A stretch of DNA of 64,000 nucleotides from an uncultured virus (IMG/VR IMGVR_UViG_3300009034_002461) (Duplodnaviria > Heunggongvirae > Uroviricota > Caudoviricetes), in the IMG/VR virus record IMGVR_UViG_3300009034_002461; one strand, given 5' to 3'. The notes under the pieces are model-generated. The model saw nothing but the letters and a program-made list of their open reading frames with translations. It was not told the origin of the DNA and did no database searches. Made by a program: the position numbers and the translations under genes. Position 1 is the stretch's first letter, and every line of letters starts with the position of its first letter. Of this stretch, positions 49,016 to 58,319 are shown piece by piece.

Positions 49016-49896
49016 TATACGAAGTCCATAAAAAAAGCTTTCCAGTTATTATATCGAATATTCCACGACCAATCTTTTTCTATTTCTTTCCTTGTGTTCT
49101 TTCTCATGTACATATAATCAGCTTGATCAATACTAGACACCCGCTCAATCATTTTAATAAATGAATCTATCTCTGCATCTGCATAAAAACCATTTAAACC
49201 ATGCGTCACTATTTCTGTCATGTTCCCAACTTTAGTAGTGATAACAGGCACTCCGCAACTCATTGCTTCTAGACCAGGATTCGGTGTCCCTTCTGTAGTA
49301 CTAGTGATCAAGAAAAAATCTAAAGAATGATAATAATCTCTCATTTGCTCTTTTGTTAATAACTTTTCTACTTTATCGCTTTTAGAAGGGGCAATAACTC
49401 TAAATTTAATATACGAATCTTTCTTAAAATATTGCTTCAATGGCTTCAATACTTTTTCATAATTTTTTTCACTTCGATCTTTATTGCCAACCCATCCGAA
49501 TATAACTTTGTCTTTTTTCTTTTTGTCTATGAATGAAAAGAAATCTGTATCTACTCCATTTGGAGTATAGTATACATTAGGAAAATATTTTCTATATTTC
49601 TTATATAAATGAAGATTATTTACAGAGATACCAACAAATTTTTTCAATAATTTATTACATTCTTTAAGCGATTTTTTTCTCAATCCTTTATGAGAAGTGA
49701 CCGATGCAATACACTTCTGTTTACACGGCATTCTCCTGAATATTTTATAACTCGTATAATATATCAAATTATACTTTTTAGGATTGAAATTCTCTCCAAT
49801 TGTAATTATATCTATATTGAGTTTTGGCATCATTTTCTGGAATAATACAGAACGATTATATTGAATGCGACCTTTTTTGTCTGTTATAAAAAGCAT
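49015..49896 (-). CDS. GT4 glycosyltransferase
   Basis: PNGVD..FF, GWVG, EGTPNPGLEAMSCG.PVITT.VG. Confidence 0.92.
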   Translation of the reverse strand: MLFITDKKGRIQYNRSVLFQKMMPKLNIDIITIGENFNPKKYNLIYYTSYKIFRRMPCKQKCIASVTSHKGLRKKSLKECNKLLKKFVGISVNNLHLYKKYRKYFPNVYYTPNGVDTDFFSFIDKKKKDKVIFGWVGNKDRSEKNYEKVLKPLKQYFKKDSYIKFRVIAPSKSDKVEKLLTKEQMRDYYHSLDFFLITSTTEGTPNPGLEAMSCGVPVITTKVGNMTEIVTHGLNGFYADAEIDSFIKMIERVSSIDQADYMYMRKNTRKEIEKDWSWNIRYNNWKAFFMDFV

Positions 49897-49905
49897 AATG
49901 GGAAA

Positions 49906-50418
49906 TTATTTGTGATCTATTAAATACTCTTTGCGGCGACTTTTATCAACATATCTACTAGATAGATACAACATAGTACTTGAGAATGCCATAGAAATTA
50001 TATACCATAGTGGAATCCATGAAAAACCAAGATTAATACCCAAACCAGGACTAATCATGGTCCATTCATCATATTCTATTGGTGTCCACCTAACAAAAAA
50101 CCATGTTGCATCTTCTATCATTAATGCTAATGGCAATGAGGCCAAACACATGAATAATATATAACGCTTTTTGTTAGCAATTAGAAGATGTATGCGCGAT
50201 ATAGCTGACGAAAAACTGACAACTGCCATTAATATCAACAACCAAACATGATAATAACTAAATCTACCCAATAAAGGCAAAGACATCTCATCTGTTGGTA
50301 TCCACTTCGCCTCTATGATGCCATATGTGATACCAACAGCTAATATCACAATCAATAAAGAGATTAATTCTACTCTATAAGCCAGCTTCCTAAATAATGG
50401 TCTAAATATATTACGCAT
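49906..50418 (-). CDS. Integral membrane protein (about 4 TM segments)
   Basis: Four hydrophobic segments; IED..WF motif; IPLWY. Confidence 0.75.
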   Translation of the reverse strand: MRNIFRPLFRKLAYRVELISLLIVILAVGITYGIIEAKWIPTDEMSLPLLGRFSYYHVWLLILMAVVSFSSAISRIHLLIANKKRYILFMCLASLPLALMIEDATWFFVRWTPIEYDEWTMISPGLGINLGFSWIPLWYIISMAFSSTMLYLSSRYVDKSRRKEYLIDHK

Positions 50419-50419
50419 T

Positions 50420-51058
50420 TTACCCTTTTATAGCTACAATTGTTGGCCACACAGTTCCTTCATAATAAACATCCCATTTCTTAAAATAAGGTTTCACAAG
50501 CGTTTTTAAGACTGAATTAACGCTACGTAAATCATATTTATTATTAGTATAATCTTTATTAGGTCTAGTCCCAAGTATTGCCAATTGGACCTTATTCCTA
50601 AATCTTTTCCTCAACATATTTATTTCTTTTGTTGACAAATGATATAATACCTGAAATGCCATAACAGAATCTATATTATGTTTTTCAAAATATCCTTCTT
50701 TAATGTATTCTGATAAGAATAAAGCTTTGAACTTGCAATGATCACCTACCTTAAACTCTCTTGCCGAAAGTTTCGCACTTTTCATTCTACTCTTATGTTT
50801 GTCTATACCGACAACTGTTTGGAAATATTCAGCAGCAATAATTCCAAGAACACCATTATAACAACCTATATCTAATAAGTGGGATTTAGAACAATCATGT
50901 TTTTCTCCGACTCTACAAATCAATTCGACAGAACGCAAGAGTCTTGTCCCCCATCTTTGATATGAATGAACGCCAATATCTTCCCACTTTTTTTCCAGGG
51001 TTTTTATTTTCCGTTTAAAATCTTTGTTTTTTCTAGGTTTTGTATCTTTTATACTCAT
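50420..51058 (-). CDS. Class I SAM methyltransferase (paralog family)
   Basis: LLDIGCYNG, VVGID, AFQVLYHL, WPT. Confidence 0.85.
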   Translation of the reverse strand: MSIKDTKPRKNKDFKRKIKTLEKKWEDIGVHSYQRWGTRLLRSVELICRVGEKHDCSKSHLLDIGCYNGVLGIIAAEYFQTVVGIDKHKSRMKSAKLSAREFKVGDHCKFKALFLSEYIKEGYFEKHNIDSVMAFQVLYHLSTKEINMLRKRFRNKVQLAILGTRPNKDYTNNKYDLRSVNSVLKTLVKPYFKKWDVYYEGTVWPTIVAIKG

Positions 51059-51066
51059 AAAAATTC

Positions 51067-51696
51067 TTATTTATATGCAAGAACTAATGGCCAACGACTT
51101 TTATGTTTATATAGAGTTCTTTTTTCTTTAAAAAATGGATTAACTAAATATTGATTTATCGATTTTAAAGTCCATAAACCATATTTATTTTTACTCCTAT
51201 TTTTACTTGGTCTTGATCCAAAAATTACGGAATAAATATTTTTCATTCTGTTTAATAAATATCTTACTTCCTTATCAGATAATAAGTAAAGAACCTGGAA
51301 TGCCACGATTGCGTTAATATCATCTTTTTTAAAATCGCCGTCTTCGACATATTTTTTAACACCTTTTGGCTTAAATAAACAATTATTTTTTTCAAAAAAG
51401 CGTGTCGTCTCCCACGCTCCTTCTATGGATAATGCATCTATATCTATTCCAACAACTCTATTAAAATGCTCTGATGCGACAACCGATAATACACCACAAT
51501 TACAACCTATGTCAAGTAAATTCAAGTTAGAACAATCGCGTTCTTCCCCTAACGTATTAATAGCATTAACTGCACCCCACATCCTATCACTCTTACCACT
51601 TTCATTCCATACTTTTTGGTATATTCTACTTCCAATTTTTTCCCATTTTGGTTCTAATAATGGTATTTTTTCAACAAGGATTTCTTTATTAATCAT
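51067..51696 (-). CDS. Class I SAM methyltransferase (paralog family)
   Basis: LLDIGCNCG, VVGIDID, AFQVLY.L, RWPL. Confidence 0.85.
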   Translation of the reverse strand: MINKEILVEKIPLLEPKWEKIGSRIYQKVWNESGKSDRMWGAVNAINTLGEERDCSNLNLLDIGCNCGVLSVVASEHFNRVVGIDIDALSIEGAWETTRFFEKNNCLFKPKGVKKYVEDGDFKKDDINAIVAFQVLYLLSDKEVRYLLNRMKNIYSVIFGSRPSKNRSKNKYGLWTLKSINQYLVNPFFKEKRTLYKHKSRWPLVLAYK

Positions 51697-52381
51697 TGGA
51701 TTTCTTCCTTTTCTTTATAAATCTATAGAAATCACTATTTTGTTTTTTGTTTAACTTCTCTAAGAATTTTGTCGTCATTTTATATTGATCTTCAACAGAT
51801 TTTGTATATGATTTCATCTGTTTTGTTGTCTTCTTATCTGGCTTCCATTTTGTATATGGTTTATCGCCTATATCGCTCCAGAGATCTGCATATTGCATTT
51901 GCTCTTCTAATGTTCCTCTACTATGAATTCCCACGACACTTAATTTATCACCAGTAAATGTATATTTACTTTTTTTTACTTTCTTACTAAATAATCCATC
52001 TACCTTGCCACGATAGTTTGCTTCAAATCCTCCTAATTCTCTCACATATTTTACCTTGTATATTTTTATTCCACCAATAATTCTCGAAGCCCAGTCTTCC
52101 CACAATTTAAACAAACCCATAATAACATTTTTGTTTTCTTGTTCTTTTTTTATGAATTTCGTAAATATAAATTCAACTGCATTTTTATGAAGAAGAAAAT
52201 CATCATCACAGCGAATAAGATATTCTGTTTCACATATATCTACCATTTTATTAAGAGCATCAACCCATATCATATCTTTAATAACAATAGGTTTCACATT
52301 TTGTTTTTGAAGACATTTATAAGCATATTTAAATGTAGATCTGCCGTTAGTAATGATAAAAACTTGAAGTTTATTATTCAT
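51689..52381 (-). CDS. GT-A/GT2-like glycosyltransferase
   Basis: CETEYLIRCDDDFLLH DxD motif; LGGF. Confidence 0.7.
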   Translation of the reverse strand: MNNKLQVFIITNGRSTFKYAYKCLQKQNVKPIVIKDMIWVDALNKMVDICETEYLIRCDDDFLLHKNAVEFIFTKFIKKEQENKNVIMGLFKLWEDWASRIIGGIKIYKVKYVRELGGFEANYRGKVDGLFSKKVKKSKYTFTGDKLSVVGIHSRGTLEEQMQYADLWSDIGDKPYTKWKPDKKTTKQMKSYTKSVEDQYKMTTKFLEKLNKKQNSDFYRFIKKRKKSND

Positions 52382-52736
52382 AATTGACTAATTTATTTCT
52401 TGTCATAGTATCAATAAATAATGTAGAAAATGTATCTACAAAATCTTCTTCCCCATCCTTAACAATTATCTTTTTTAATGCTTTACAATCACCAAGAATA
52501 GCATGGCATATTTCATGATATATGGTTGCTATAATTCGCTCAGATGGATGCGGTTTATCTTTAGTCCCTATAAAAATACGCATAGTATTTGTACAGAAAT
52601 CAAGTTGCCCCCAGCAAGTGTGTCGATTGTGAATATCTGTTTCTACTGTGTTTCTTATATAAATCATTTTATATCACATGCCCAAAATATTTAATGTCTG
52701 CGGCAATTTAAATTTCTTTTTACTTTTCTTATTCAT
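52374..52736 (-). pseudogene. Small zincin-like HEXXH protein interrupted by an in-frame TGA
   Basis: SD GGGAGA plus ATG 52736 gives MNKKSKKKFKLPQTLNILGM*YKMIYIRN...WGQLD...TIYHEICHA. The TGA is at 52676-52674. Confidence 0.7.
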
Positions 52737-52762
52737 GATTTCTCCCAAATAAATTCATAACT

Positions 52763-53332
52763 TTAATCTTCTCCTATCCCCTCGTCGTCATCATCGTAAT
52801 CGTCGTCGTCGTCGTCGTCGTCATCTTCTAGTCCACTCTCATTTTTCTTTTTTTCTATCTCTTTTCGTTTGTTTGATAAACCCATGAAAAAATCTTTCGC
52901 TTCATTTGATTCATCAGAAAAATATTTTAAAATATTTTTTAATTTATTAAGTTTTTCAGAAATATTCGACAAAATATCTCTTGCCTCATCAAAATAAGTA
53001 TGATGATTTTTATCGAAATTCGTATCTTCAACTATTTTTGTAATACAATTCATTATAGAATCTGCATCTTTTTTCAACTTTATAATAGAACCTTGTGCTC
53101 GTATTTTTTCAGAAAGAGAATCCATAGAATTATTTATAATTCCTTTCAATTCAAGCACCCTAACAGTAGAATATTCTTTTACTTCTTCAATTATTAGTGA
53201 ACTTTTTGTAAGCTTTTCAATTAACCTAACACTCTTTCTCAATCTCTCAATCTTTTTAATATCTGCATTTATTTTTTCAATTATTTTAATACATTCTGCA
53301 AGTTCTTCAACTATTTTATTTATATTTAACAT
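52763..53332 (-). CDS. Coiled-coil protein with poly-Asp tail
   Basis: Heptad-like helical body. EDDDDDDDDDYDDDDEG tail is encoded by a GAC/GAT run. Confidence 0.75.
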   Translation of the reverse strand: MLNINKIVEELAECIKIIEKINADIKKIERLRKSVRLIEKLTKSSLIIEEVKEYSTVRVLELKGIINNSMDSLSEKIRAQGSIIKLKKDADSIMNCITKIVEDTNFDKNHHTYFDEARDILSNISEKLNKLKNILKYFSDESNEAKDFFMGLSNKRKEIEKKKNESGLEDDDDDDDDDYDDDDEGIGED

Positions 53333-53838
53333 AAGTTACCTTCCTTAAAAATTTTCTTTCTTAATTTTTCAAGTTTATTATATTCTTTACCTAAATCATG
53401 ACTAATTAACCAGTCTTTATCCCAGCATCTTTTTTTTCTTTTACAAACATCATAGAACTTTTCTGGAATATAAACTGGAATTGTTTTTATATTAAACCAT
53501 AAACAACAAGCAGTCCTATGATTTCCTCCGCACATTTTATAATTATTATTCATAATAATATATGGTTTATATTCTTCTACAAATCCATTTTTCTCAAATG
53601 ATTTTATAATTTTAATAAACTTGTCACTCCTTTCATCGACTTTTCTATATTTATAAAATTTAGAATATAATTTATATCTGAATTTTTTTGGACAATTATT
53701 AGCATAAAAGTTTTTGACAAATAAATATCTAACCATTAAATCATATCGATAAAATTTACCATCCTTAAATTGCTTGGATAAAAAATAACCCAAATCGATA
53801 TATTTCTTTTCCATTTTATCGAAATCACGATGTATCAT
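53326..53838 (-). CDS. Stand-alone ParB/Srx-like protein, paralog 3
   Basis: RYDLMVRY, SFEKNGF, GGNHRTAC. Confidence 0.7.
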   Translation of the reverse strand: MIHRDFDKMEKKYIDLGYFLSKQFKDGKFYRYDLMVRYLFVKNFYANNCPKKFRYKLYSKFYKYRKVDERSDKFIKIIKSFEKNGFVEEYKPYIIMNNNYKMCGGNHRTACCLWFNIKTIPVYIPEKFYDVCKRKKRCWDKDWLISHDLGKEYNKLEKLRKKIFKEGNLC

Positions 53839-54313
53839 TTACCCCAACCCTTTTTAATATAATCTTTTTAGTTTTTTTCAATTGTGAAAAATATTTTTCA
53901 AAACCATTTTTTCTCATCCATGCCGATGAGTGTCTTCTTTTTCTATCTCGACAACGCTCATTAAATACAACTGGCACTTCTTTTATTCCAAACCAAATAG
54001 ACAGAACAATCCTGTGGCTTCCCGAACATATATAATGTCTTTTATTCATCGTAATAGGAAATTCTTTGTCATATCCTTTTTCCTCAAACGAAGAAATCAA
54101 TGAAAAAAACTTACTATATTCTTTTTTTATATGTTTTTTAGAAACTTCTTTTGCTTTGTATATTAAATCGTATGGTTTATATCTGAATGATTTTGGTTTG
54201 CCTTTTTTGTAAAAATTTTTTATAAATAGATATATGACAACTAAATCATATCTCAAAAATTTTCCGCCTTTAAATTGGCTATTAATAATATTTTTAACTA
54301 ATATATTTCTCAT
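53825..54313 (-). CDS. Stand-alone ParB/Srx-like protein, paralog 4
   Basis: RYDLVV.Y, SFEEKGYD..FPI, SGSHRIV. Confidence 0.7.
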   Translation of the reverse strand: MRNILVKNIINSQFKGGKFLRYDLVVIYLFIKNFYKKGKPKSFRYKPYDLIYKAKEVSKKHIKKEYSKFFSLISSFEEKGYDKEFPITMNKRHYICSGSHRIVLSIWFGIKEVPVVFNERCRDRKRRHSSAWMRKNGFEKYFSQLKKTKKIILKRVGVNDTS

Positions 54314-54777
54314 TCCACGATGCCTATTGTCTTAAATAATTTATTTTTTGCTCTATTTATAACTTGCATGTTATTTTGAAAGCCATTATCTTCCAACCAC
54401 TTTTTATTAAATCGTCTTCTTTTTCTTTTACACGATTCATTTTTAATAAATGGAATTTCATTTATATCCAAGTACAAACATATGGCTATTCTGTGTGTGC
54501 CTCCACAAATATGATAATCTTTACTAAATTCCAATGGATATTTTTTATCATATCCTTTTTTCTCAAATGAATCAATTAATTTGATAAATCTTTTACTCCT
54601 ATCTTTTATCCCTCTTGCGGCAGATAATTTTGAATACAATTTGTATTTAAAATCATCTGGTTTATTTTGTTTGTAAAATTCTTTAACAAATAAATATCTT
54701 ATAATAATATCATATTTGCAAAATTTACCCTTTTCATATTGATTTTTCAAAATGGTTTTTAAATCTATATAATTCAT
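54310..54777 (-). CDS. Stand-alone ParB/Srx-like protein, paralog 5
   Basis: KYDIIIRY, SFEKKGYDKKYPL, GGTHRIA. Confidence 0.7.
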   Translation of the reverse strand: MNYIDLKTILKNQYEKGKFCKYDIIIRYLFVKEFYKQNKPDDFKYKLYSKLSAARGIKDRSKRFIKLIDSFEKKGYDKKYPLEFSKDYHICGGTHRIAICLYLDINEIPFIKNESCKRKRRRFNKKWLEDNGFQNNMQVINRAKNKLFKTIGIVE

Positions 54778-55256
54778 ATTATATTCAATTTTTTAAATAT
54801 CTTTTTCTTTGTTTCTTTTATATCTGGCATATATTTTTTAAAACCATATTCGATCATTTTTTCTCTAGTATATTTTCTTTTTTTCTTTCTATAATGTTCT
54901 CTATATATGACAGGAAATTCTTTTATATTAAACCAAAGACATAACGCTATTCTGTGTTTGCCACCACCAGTTATATAATCACGAGTCATATACAAAGGAT
55001 ATTTTTTATCGTATCCTTTTTTCTCAAATGATTTAATTAAAGCAATAAATTTCCTGGGTTGAGCGTCTCGTTCTCTTGTTTTTATTATCAATTCATATGG
55101 AGTAAAATATAAATCTTTTGGCTTTTTCATTTCGTAATACTTTTCTATAAAAAGATATTTCACGATTAAATCATAACGAGAGAATTTATCATTATCTTTT
55201 TGATTAGCAATATAATCTTTAGTAAAACAAAATTCGACGACTTCGTTTACTGTCAT
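54774..55256 (-). CDS. Stand-alone ParB/Srx-like protein, paralog 6
   Basis: RYDLIVKY, SFEKKGYDKKYPL, GGKHRIA. Confidence 0.7.
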   Translation of the reverse strand: MTVNEVVEFCFTKDYIANQKDNDKFSRYDLIVKYLFIEKYYEMKKPKDLYFTPYELIIKTRERDAQPRKFIALIKSFEKKGYDKKYPLYMTRDYITGGGKHRIALCLWFNIKEFPVIYREHYRKKKRKYTREKMIEYGFKKYMPDIKETKKKIFKKLNII

Positions 55257-55257
55257 T

Positions 55258-55728
55258 TTATATACCCAATTCCTTAAAAATTTTTCTTTTATACTCTTTT
55301 ATTGTCTTCATATCCTTTTTAAAGCCATTGTTTTTCATCCAATGACCGCTGAACCGATCTTCCTTGCGTTTACATTTTGGATGTAATTCTATGGGTATTC
55401 TGGGGATTTTAAACCAGATGCAACAAGCGAATCTATGGCTTCCTCCGCATAAATAATATTCTTTTTTACCAACGCTGATTGGATATTCTTTATCATATCC
55501 TTTTTCTTCAAATGAATAAATCAAAGGAATAAAATCCTCCGTCTTTATTCTTTTAGTTTTTGCTATTCCTTTATATAATTTATTATATATTTCCCAATTA
55601 AAATCATCTGGTTTATTCTGTTTATAAAATCTTTCTATAAACATACATTTTACAATTACGTCATAACGCCAAAATTTTCTATTATTAAACTGTTTTAGCA
55701 TTAAATTTTTTGTTTTTATCCATTCCAT
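55258..55728 (-). CDS. Stand-alone ParB/Srx-like protein, paralog 7
   Basis: RYDVIVK, SFEEKGYDKEYPI, GGSHRFAC. Confidence 0.7.
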   Translation of the reverse strand: MEWIKTKNLMLKQFNNRKFWRYDVIVKCMFIERFYKQNKPDDFNWEIYNKLYKGIAKTKRIKTEDFIPLIYSFEEKGYDKEYPISVGKKEYYLCGGSHRFACCIWFKIPRIPIELHPKCKRKEDRFSGHWMKNNGFKKDMKTIKEYKRKIFKELGI

Positions 55729-55729
55729 T

Positions 55730-56407
55730 TTATTCGATTTTTAAATCCTTTTTTATCCAAAGTTGTTCCATATGTTTTTGTTCATTTATATTATCATTAC
55801 CAAATTTAAATACAAAATTCTCGGAAATTTTATTCATAATTTCTTTCTTTTTCTGAATGAATTGCCTTGAGTTAAATTTTTTACATTTTCCATGCAACTC
55901 TATATATAATACATCAGAAATTTCTAAAAATCTTTTTGTTTTTGATTTGAAAATATCAAATTCACAACCTTCGCAATTAATAATTAAATAATGAATTCTT
56001 TTAATGTTTTTATTTTCACAAAAGTCATCTAATGTCAAACACGGAATTTCTTTTTTCTCGATTTTTGCCCAGGTTTTATTTTTCAAATACTTTTTATGCA
56101 AACTATTACTTTGAGATGAGCCTTTCATTTTGTCGTGATTTGCGACATAAAGATTTACAATTCCATTGTACGACGATATGGCTATATTAATTGGAATAAT
56201 TCCCTTAAATTGTTCAGTATTTTTCTTTAATACTTTAAAATTCTTTGGACACGCCTCTATACAATATGCAGTATAATTATTTAAACCATCGCAAACTTTT
56301 TTAACAACATTTCCCGTATATGCTCCTACATCGACAATCATTGGTTTATTAATCTTTAATAAATATAGATTAGCAAATTCCATCATTTTATTTTGAATAA
56401 CACCCAT
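55730..56407 (-). CDS. FkbM family methyltransferase
   Basis: IVDVGAYTG, IEA...NF..L, TLDDF, INCEGCE, IELH. Confidence 0.88.
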   Translation of the reverse strand: MGVIQNKMMEFANLYLLKINKPMIVDVGAYTGNVVKKVCDGLNNYTAYCIEACPKNFKVLKKNTEQFKGIIPINIAISSYNGIVNLYVANHDKMKGSSQSNSLHKKYLKNKTWAKIEKKEIPCLTLDDFCENKNIKRIHYLIINCEGCEFDIFKSKTKRFLEISDVLYIELHGKCKKFNSRQFIQKKKEIMNKISENFVFKFGNDNINEQKHMEQLWIKKDLKIE

Positions 56408-57312
56408 TATTTTTTCTCCAATACTATATATCTTACAATTTTCTTTGTTGTTCTATCTCGCCTGGGAATATATTCCTCATGTGATTTAGAACAAAAATAA
56501 ATAGCATCGTTTGCTGGAATAGTTTCATATATTCCGCGATACCACCCGCTGCTTTTATATACTTTTATTGGCTTGTATCCCTTTTTCGCAAATAATTTTG
56601 GTCTGGCTATTGCCGCTGATATAACATATCTAAAATAAAAACCTAATTCGACCATATTTATTAATGCTTTTTTCATATTAAGTTTTTTATTATATAAATG
56701 AGGATGCACTTCCATGAAGATTTTAGTGCCAGATTTAGATTTTTCTGCTGTTTTATGCATTCCATTTAAAATATTTACTTCATGCCCCTCTACATCAAAT
56801 TCATAAATATCCGGCAATTCTTTATCTTGCAAAAAATTGTCTACAGTTTGCGTATTAACCATTTTTATATTGCCGGATGAAGCACGATTCTTTGATAAAG
56901 AACCCAAATTAGAATGGCCAGAAACAAAAAATTTTGTTTTTTTATCCATATCTACTTTATCAGATATTGCAATTTTTTTAGTAATTACATTCTTATAATT
57001 ATTTAATTCTATATTCTTTTTTAGAACTTTATAGTTTTTTGTTTTTGGCTCAACGGCATAAATTAGACCATTTTTTCCAACTAATTTAGCCAGAATAAGA
57101 GTTAAATATCCTATATTCGCTCCTATATCAAAACAAACATGTCCTCTTTTGACATGTTTTCTTATTAACGACATAAATTCTAATTCTCTTAATTTATATC
57201 CATTTGTTTTTCTCAATGTTTTACTTATTCCAGGATCGTCCTTAATAAGATACATTTTGTTTTCACCAAAATCTTTCAATATTAAATACATTTTTTTATT
57301 ATTTTCATACAA
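56407..57312 (-). CDS. FkbM family methyltransferase
   Basis: DIGANIGY, AVEP...NY..L..NI.LN, DVEGHE..IL.GM, MEVHP. Confidence 0.92.
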   Translation of the reverse strand: MYENNKKMYLILKDFGENKMYLIKDDPGISKTLRKTNGYKLRELEFMSLIRKHVKRGHVCFDIGANIGYLTLILAKLVGKNGLIYAVEPKTKNYKVLKKNIELNNYKNVITKKIAISDKVDMDKKTKFFVSGHSNLGSLSKNRASSGNIKMVNTQTVDNFLQDKELPDIYEFDVEGHEVNILNGMHKTAEKSKSGTKIFMEVHPHLYNKKLNMKKALINMVELGFYFRYVISAAIARPKLFAKKGYKPIKVYKSSGWYRGIYETIPANDAIYFCSKSHEEYIPRRDRTTKKIVRYIVLEKK

Positions 57313-58319
57313 TTTTTAATAGCATTAAGTTTTCGTAATTCTTTATATTTCTCTCTAATTTTCAATGCTTTTTTACTTTCTAATACAATGTCATCGTAAT
57401 TTAGTATTAGATTAGATAATTTGTTTAATTTTGTGTGTTGTGGCCAGTCAAACCATTTTTTTGTTCTTTCTCTGTGATCTCTATGTTTTTCATAAGAATA
57501 TTTTGCCATGCCACAGATATTTATCCATTTTTTTTCTGATCCTAAAAGCCAAATAGTAGTAGAGCTTCCTATATTCAAAATAAATTCATGAGATGCTATA
57601 TTTTTCATTAAATTTTGATCAGATATATGAATTAGAAAATTATATTTTGAGACATTCATTATATTCAATGTTTTTTCAATTCCCCTTTTATGACAACATA
57701 AATAAGGGACAGGATGTGTTTTTATGGTAATTTTTTTTATACAATCTGGAATATTATTGAATATACTTTCCATAAAATACATATTATTTCTTCTTGTCTT
57801 TTTTTCATCTAAAAATTCTCTAACAGGAGAGACATATCCACGACCACCACCGGGATGAATCAATAATAATGAGCCTTTTTCTTCATCAATTTCACTTTGA
57901 TACTTATCAAATAAATTGCACATAGGATTTCCAACTTTATATTTATCTTTTCCATGTCTGCAATAAAAATCATTATAAGGCAATGCAACAAAATCCTTAT
58001 TATATATTTTTTTATCGAGTGTCAGATAAAAGCCATCAATTTTATTTTTTAAAGTAGTAAAGTTGACTTTATCGAAGTATTTATATGGAATATTAAAATT
58101 ATCTATTAAATGTTTTACAGACCCTTTACTTGCTTTTGATGCGTTCATAGGTCTATCTAAAAATCTCTTTATATCAAATTTATTTTTATCTTCTTGGACC
58201 TCGATCCATAATTCATATCCATTTTTAATAATTGGATCAATAAAATGAGCTATTGCTCTGTACCTCTGCATCATTGTTCTTTTAAATACCAATCTTTTAG
58301 ACATTGTTCCAATTATCAA
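57282..58319 (-). CDS. Probable GT-B fold protein
   Basis: VGNP, ITIKTHP, GSST motifs, as in CDP-/CMP-dependent transferases. Confidence 0.5.
   Translation of the reverse strand: MIIGTMSKRLVFKRTMMQRYRAIAHFIDPIIKNGYELWIEVQEDKNKFDIKRFLDRPMNASKASKGSVKHLIDNFNIPYKYFDKVNFTTLKNKIDGFYLTLDKKIYNKDFVALPYNDFYCRHGKDKYKVGNPMCNLFDKYQSEIDEEKGSLLLIHPGGGRGYVSPVREFLDEKKTRRNNMYFMESIFNNIPDCIKKITIKTHPVPYLCCHKRGIEKTLNIMNVSKYNFLIHISDQNLMKNIASHEFILNIGSSTTIWLLGSEKKWINICGMAKYSYEKHRDHRERTKKWFDWPQHTKLNKLSNLILNYDDIVLESKKALKIREKYKELRKLNAIKNCMKIIKKCI

Noticed and set aside
3495..52736. Genome-wide TGA or TAG recoding
   Set aside because: Long genes are intact under code 11, and several end in TGA (ATGA overlaps) or TAG at sensible C-termini. 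The tnpB break also requires a frameshift.
21103..55728. Chromosome or plasmid partition system
   Set aside because: The proteins lack HTH and dimerisation domains, and no parA or parS-like site was seen.
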